64,000 nt of DNA from contig MHHG01000057.1 of the NCBI GenBank assembly GCA_001805965.1, forward strand, positions 85,975 through 149,974, written 5' to 3'. Position 1 is the first letter of the stretch; each line of letters opens with the position of its first letter. The position numbers were made by a program, and so were the translations under genes. Under the pieces are notes generated by a model, which worked only from the letters and a program-made list of their open reading frames with translations, was not told the DNA's origin and did not search any database. The DNA comes from Omnitrophica WOR_2 bacterium RIFOXYA2_FULL_38_17 (GTDB lineage Bacteria; Omnitrophota; Gorgyraeia; Zapsychrales; Zapsychraceae). Shown piece after piece: positions 59,835 through 64,000 of the stretch.

Positions 59835-61004
59835 ATGTCAGAAAACAAAAGCAAACAAATTATCATTGTCGCAGGTGAAGCTTCAGGAGATATGCATGGC
59901 TCATATCTTATTAACGAGATAAAGAAAATCGATCCTAGTATACGTTTTAGCGGCCTCGGAGGCTCACAAATTCAGGCAAGCGGTGCTGAGATCTATTATG
60001 ACCTGACAAAACTGGCAGTTATAGGCTTTTACGAAGTACTAAAACATTACAAAGAGATCAAGAAAGCTTTTAATTTAATTCTAAAAGTAATTAAGGAATC
60101 AAAACCCGCTGCTGTAATCCTAATTGACTATCCTGGCTTCAACTTAAGATTAGCTGAAGAAATTAAGAAGCTAAAAATCGACACAAAAGTTATTTACTAT
60201 ATAAGCCCTCAGATATGGGCGTGGAAAAAGAACAGGATCAAGGCAATCAAGAAGAACATAGACAAAATGCTTGTTCTTTTCGATTTTGAGGAAAAGATAT
60301 ATCTAAACTCAGGAGTAACAGCTAAATTTGTTGGCCATCCGCTTGTTGATGAAGTCAAATCAACTATTTCAAAAGAGGATTTTCTCGAAAGCCTCGGACT
60401 TTCTTCCTACAAAATGACAATAGGAATTCTCCCCGGTTCAAGGGAAAAAGAAGTTCAGCGACATTTACCCTTAATGCTTGGAGCCGCAAAAATACTTAAA
60501 GACGATTATCCAATGATGCAATTTATCGTTATAAAAGCACCTACAATAAGCGAGTCCTTGATAAAAGAATTCTTACCTGACAATCAGCCCCATATAAAGA
60601 TCATTGGATCAAACACTTATGATGCCATTAATTCATGCGAATCATGCATGGTGGCATCCGGCACAGCCACGCTTGAAACAGCTATTCTTTGCAGACCAAT
60701 GGTCGTGGTTTACAAGACATCCTGGCTTACTTGGATTTTAGCAAAATTGTTTTTAAAAATACCTAACATCGGTTTGGTTAATGTTGTGGCTCAAAAAAGA
60801 ATCGTTCCCGAATGCATTCAGCTTTCAGCGAATCCTAATAGGATTGCCTCTGAAATAAGTGAACTGTTTACAAATGAGATCCGATTAGCAAACATTAAAA
60901 ATGAATTAAAAAAAGTAGCAACTGCCTTGGGAACAACTGGGGCTAGTAGAAATGCCGCTAAAGAAGTGATCAACATGATTTTTCCTGCAGAAGGCAAATC
61001 TTAA
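59835..61004 (+). CDS. lpxB: Lipid-A-disaccharide synthase
   Basis: N-terminus IIIVAGEASGDMHG is typical of GT19 LpxB. 389 aa. Confidence 0.85.
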   Translation: MSENKSKQIIIVAGEASGDMHGSYLINEIKKIDPSIRFSGLGGSQIQASGAEIYYDLTKLAVIGFYEVLKHYKEIKKAFNLILKVIKESKPAAVILIDYPGFNLRLAEEIKKLKIDTKVIYYISPQIWAWKKNRIKAIKKNIDKMLVLFDFEEKIYLNSGVTAKFVGHPLVDEVKSTISKEDFLESLGLSSYKMTIGILPGSREKEVQRHLPLMLGAAKILKDDYPMMQFIVIKAPTISESLIKEFLPDNQPHIKIIGSNTYDAINSCESCMVASGTATLETAILCRPMVVVYKTSWLTWILAKLFLKIPNIGLVNVVAQKRIVPECIQLSANPNRIASEISELFTNEIRLANIKNELKKVATALGTTGASRNAAKEVINMIFPAEGKS

Positions 61005-61010
61005 AAAAGA

Positions 61011-61451
61011 TTATCTCATGCTCCTTAGTCTTCTTTGTATCACAACCTGATTACTTGGAGTATTTTGATTTGGATATGAAACCGCTATTTCTTGAATAGT
61101 GCGGCCCTTTGACACGCCGGTTTCTGCGCGCTCCTTCACAACAACAGGTTCAGGTAATTCGGGAGCTGAACCAAATGCAACACTAGCGTTTGCATTAATA
61201 TCTTCAGCCTTAAATACTGCAGTCCATGCCTCAAACAATTTATAATAATCAGGATGTTCTATTTTCGTAAGCTCCAAAATTTCTTCATTTTCAGATAGCG
61301 CCTTATAGGTTTTTTCAATAACAGCCCTATCTTTTGATTTCACTGCCTCAAAGAACTTATCAACAAGGTCCGGCAATGATTTTGATGCCTCAGCAAATGA
61401 AAGCGGCACACATAAAAGAGCTATTAGACAAATAATTAAATATTTTTTCAT
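61011..61451 (-). CDS. Hypothetical secreted protein
   Basis: Cleavable signal peptide (MKKYLIICLIALLCVPLSFA). No recognisable motifs. Confidence 0.4.
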   Translation of the reverse strand: MKKYLIICLIALLCVPLSFAEASKSLPDLVDKFFEAVKSKDRAVIEKTYKALSENEEILELTKIEHPDYYKLFEAWTAVFKAEDINANASVAFGSAPELPEPVVVKERAETGVSKGRTIQEIAVSYPNQNTPSNQVVIQRRLRSMR

Positions 61452-61517
61452 CAGGATTTCCTCGATCTTTTTTATTTTATTCTAAATCTAAATAAACAAC
61501 CCGTCAATATAAGCATA

Positions 61518-62039
61518 TTATGAACAATCTTCTGGGCAATTACAGCTGTCTTCAAACTGATTGCAAATACCGTTTCCGCAAGGGATACAAATAGGCACGC
61601 TGTAAAGCGTATGAGCTCCGATCATATCACAAGTACCATCAATAAAACGCTCTCCGCATCTTTTGACCAGACCATAACAACATTCAACTTTTTGACCAGC
61701 GTATGAAATGTTCCCGCATCCAAATGGCTCATTTATCAATTTATGATAACAAACATCCTCGCCGCTACAGCCTTTGAGTATCTGACAGCTATCCAGCGGA
61801 CAATTCTCAGCATCAATTTCGGCACATTCTTTTGGATAACAAACTTTCTCACAATCATCTAAAGAAAGACCCCCGACACATTCCAATCTGCAAACTGTCT
61901 GAGGACATTCATTGGTTTTACTATAAACACCCTCACAAAACTGTGCAGTACTCTCTTGAGCATATACGATACCAGATAAAGACAAATAAACAAAAAACAC
62001 TAAAAACCAACAAATAAAATTCTTTTTATTAATTTCCAT
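61518..62039 (-). CDS. Hypothetical secreted cysteine-rich protein
   Basis: Signal peptide, then a mature region of about 145 aa with roughly 30 cysteines in C-x-x-C / C-x-C spacing. No known family recognised. Confidence 0.45.
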   Translation of the reverse strand: MEINKKNFICWFLVFFVYLSLSGIVYAQESTAQFCEGVYSKTNECPQTVCRLECVGGLSLDDCEKVCYPKECAEIDAENCPLDSCQILKGCSGEDVCYHKLINEPFGCGNISYAGQKVECCYGLVKRCGERFIDGTCDMIGAHTLYSVPICIPCGNGICNQFEDSCNCPEDCS

Positions 62040-62822
62040 TTAAATTCCTTCCAGATTAATTTGTTGAACCCATCCTTGCTTATCGTCTGAACGTCTTATT
62101 TTAACCCAACCCCCTTCAAATTTCATCATTTTCACACGATTTCCTTCATTTAATTTAAAGTAAACCGTTGCATCCTCTCTAGGCTCAAATCTGGCATCAG
62201 AATCATCTAGAATAACTGCTGTTCCGACCTGATTCTGCACTTTATACTTGAACCCTCCCATATAAATAACTGCCAGAATACTAAGCACTACCAAAATAAT
62301 TTTACCTATCATCAAAGTGATCTTCAGGAACAAGAACAATAAATAAAGCCCAATCGCTATGAACCCAATTGTAACGCCTATAGTCACCAGCTCTTGATCT
62401 GAATGAAAGCTAGTGAATTTATCAATGATCTTAATAACAAAGCCTTTTTTCTCTGACCCAAAATCCTTAACAAGCTTCAGAACATATTTATAATTATAAT
62501 CAACATCGCTGTCTCTTGGCATTAACCTCTTTGCTCTTTCATAATTAAGCACCGCTTTGCCATAATTACCATTCTTAAAATAGCTATTCGCTAAATTATA
62601 ATAGATCTGTCCACTCTCTTTCCCATTCTTAATAATAAGCTCATATTGTTCAATTGCTTTTTTATATTCTTTATCCTTATAAAATCGCTCAGCTGAAACA
62701 AATCGAGCCAAAGCTTCATCATCTGCACTTACAGGGACTGTTAGAAGAAGCAAAATCAAGATAATTAGCCCTCTCAAATAAAGCGTTAAATTTTTATGTT
62801 GTAAAACGCGGGGTGAAAGCAT
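62040..62822 (-). CDS. BatE-like protein (TPR repeats, one TM helix, C-terminal SH3b-like domain)
   Basis: TPR-like repeats (YYNLANSYFKNGNYGKAVLNYERA). A central TM segment. C-terminal KMMKFEGGWVKIRRSDDKQGWV, as in SH3b. Confidence 0.55.
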   Translation of the reverse strand: MLSPRVLQHKNLTLYLRGLIILILLLLTVPVSADDEALARFVSAERFYKDKEYKKAIEQYELIIKNGKESGQIYYNLANSYFKNGNYGKAVLNYERAKRLMPRDSDVDYNYKYVLKLVKDFGSEKKGFVIKIIDKFTSFHSDQELVTIGVTIGFIAIGLYLLFLFLKITLMIGKIILVVLSILAVIYMGGFKYKVQNQVGTAVILDDSDARFEPREDATVYFKLNEGNRVKMMKFEGGWVKIRRSDDKQGWVQQINLEGI

Positions 62823-64000
62823 TTAAAATTTCCTTTCATAGTAATCAATTATCTCTTCAAGATCCTCGAAACTAATATGCATAATATCATGGCTTATCTG
62901 ACCTGAAGCATATCTAACAATATCGCATTCATCAAAGATTCTTTTTAGTTTAGTTTTTATATTATCTGATATATCAATATCTGGCTTATATATTTTACAT
63001 CTGTTAATAACAGATTCAAAGCTAACTGTTCCTACAGGCATATGAAACTTACTTGAAAAATACTTCTGCAATGTCTTGTATAAGCAATCATAGAACCCCT
63101 GCTTATCTTCTAAATCCAGCAAAGTCTTTGCTTTTAAAATTTGTTTTTTTGCATATTTAGGGGCATGCTTTCTTTTTGCATAAACAACGTCAGTCTGCAG
63201 CCTCTCATTTTTCAAAAAATAAACATATCCAAAGATCCACAAAATCAGGAGACATGCAATGATAATATAAAAAGAAGGTTTTTTATAGTCCTTTGTTCCA
63301 ACAGGCTTAATATCGCCAATCTCGGTTTTTATAAACACAATGTCAGAGCCCAGCTCTTCTTCAAAATTCAAATCCCTTTTTGAATCTCCTCCAACAATTC
63401 TTAATCCAACATCTCCTTCGCTCTCCTGTACTTTTATCGGAAAAGGACCTCTTACAATGGTCTTATACTCACCTGATCCTGAATCAAAATAAGAAAAACT
63501 TATAGGAGGAATTTCCTTTAATGTCTTTGACCTGGGAATTAGCACCTGTTCAAGAATCTTATCTCCGTTATTCTGGCTGATCTGGGGCTCATATAATTTT
63601 AGCTCATTGGTCTCTTTAATTTTTGGAAAATTAACAGAATTAATATTCCCCTGGCCAGAAACATTCATCTTCAATGTTATAGGATCCCCCTCTTTAACAT
63701 CCGTCGGACTTACCTGAACATTGAAATCATAAGAGCCAACTCCCCCGGAAAAATCAGCCGGCTTTCCTTCCTGCGGCAATTCCAGGACATTTATTACACC
63801 TTTGCCTGATTCAACAGTCATTGGAACCCTTCTATAAGAATCAAAAATCCCATCAAAGAATTCATCATCAAAAAAACTGCCGAAAGAACGCCTTTTTGTT
63901 TGTTGATTGCTTTTAACGAGCAAATTACAATCTAATTTTACCGGGCCTAATTCCAATGTTCCTGTTCTTGTTGGGTACAAAAAAACAGAGTGCTCAACAA
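62823..64000 (-). CDS. BatD-like protein, partial (N-terminus outside the window)
   Basis: The reading frame stays open to the window edge. A large extracytoplasmic domain is followed by a single TM helix (FYIIIACLLILWIFGYVYFL) and a cytoplasmic tail. Adjacent to the BatE-like gene. Confidence 0.5.
   Translation of the reverse strand, partial: VEHSVFLYPTRTGTLELGPVKLDCNLLVKSNQQTKRRSFGSFFDDEFFDGIFDSYRRVPMTVESGKGVINVLELPQEGKPADFSGGVGSYDFNVQVSPTDVKEGDPITLKMNVSGQGNINSVNFPKIKETNELKLYEPQISQNNGDKILEQVLIPRSKTLKEIPPISFSYFDSGSGEYKTIVRGPFPIKVQESEGDVGLRIVGGDSKRDLNFEEELGSDIVFIKTEIGDIKPVGTKDYKKPSFYIIIACLLILWIFGYVYFLKNERLQTDVVYAKRKHAPKYAKKQILKAKTLLDLEDKQGFYDCLYKTLQKYFSSKFHMPVGTVSFESVINRCKIYKPDIDISDNIKTKLKRIFDECDIVRYASGQISHDIMHISFEDLEEIIDYYERKF

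Overview
This is an AT-rich bacterial chromosomal window in which almost every gene lies on the minus strand. Only a Gfo/Idh/MocA oxidoreductase and lpxB are on the plus strand. Plus-strand ORFs in the track that sit inside minus-strand genes are antisense artefacts.

From high to low coordinates the content is:
- a partial Bat-like operon (BatD/BatE-like) and two small secreted proteins, one of them very cysteine-rich;
- a divergent pair of msbA and oxidoreductase-lpxB;
- the rpsB-tsf-pyrH-frr operon, followed by a tRNA-Lys/tRNA-Leu/tRNA-Gly cluster and a terminator;
- a regulatory (nitrogen-type) PTS module, ptsN, membrane-anchored YvcK/CofD-like, HPr/NPr, ptsI, with no PTS permease genes;
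- metK and ahcY, then ilvC and leuA/cimA;
- aroE, pilD, aroK, where a prepilin peptidase sits inside a shikimate block;
- dprA, topA and a Xer recombinase;
- a large LPS inner-core/late lipid A island: waaA, lpxK, an LpxL-ELM1(DUF1022) fusion, a GT4-GT9 fusion, a GT4, three GT9 heptosyltransferases, the HldE kinase domain, kdsB, kdsA, kdsD, kdsC, lptA and lptB;
- tig and clpP, serC-like and serA, purA;
- an OmpA-like plus coiled-coil pair;
- the conserved uppS-cdsA-dxr-rseP-(orphan CpaF/TadA-like ATPase)-proS-rimP-nusA-infB-trpS-scpA block, and the 5' end of ruvB.

Several housekeeping proteins are shortened. ProS lacks the INS editing domain, trigger factor lacks the PPIase domain, and EF-Ts is short. 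This points to a streamlined Gram-negative (LPS-bearing) lineage.

No CRISPR array, phage, IS element or defence island was found. The most unusual content is the set of enzyme fusions in the LPS island (LpxL-ELM1, GT4-GT9) and the orphan Tad-type ATPase embedded in a translation/isoprenoid operon.
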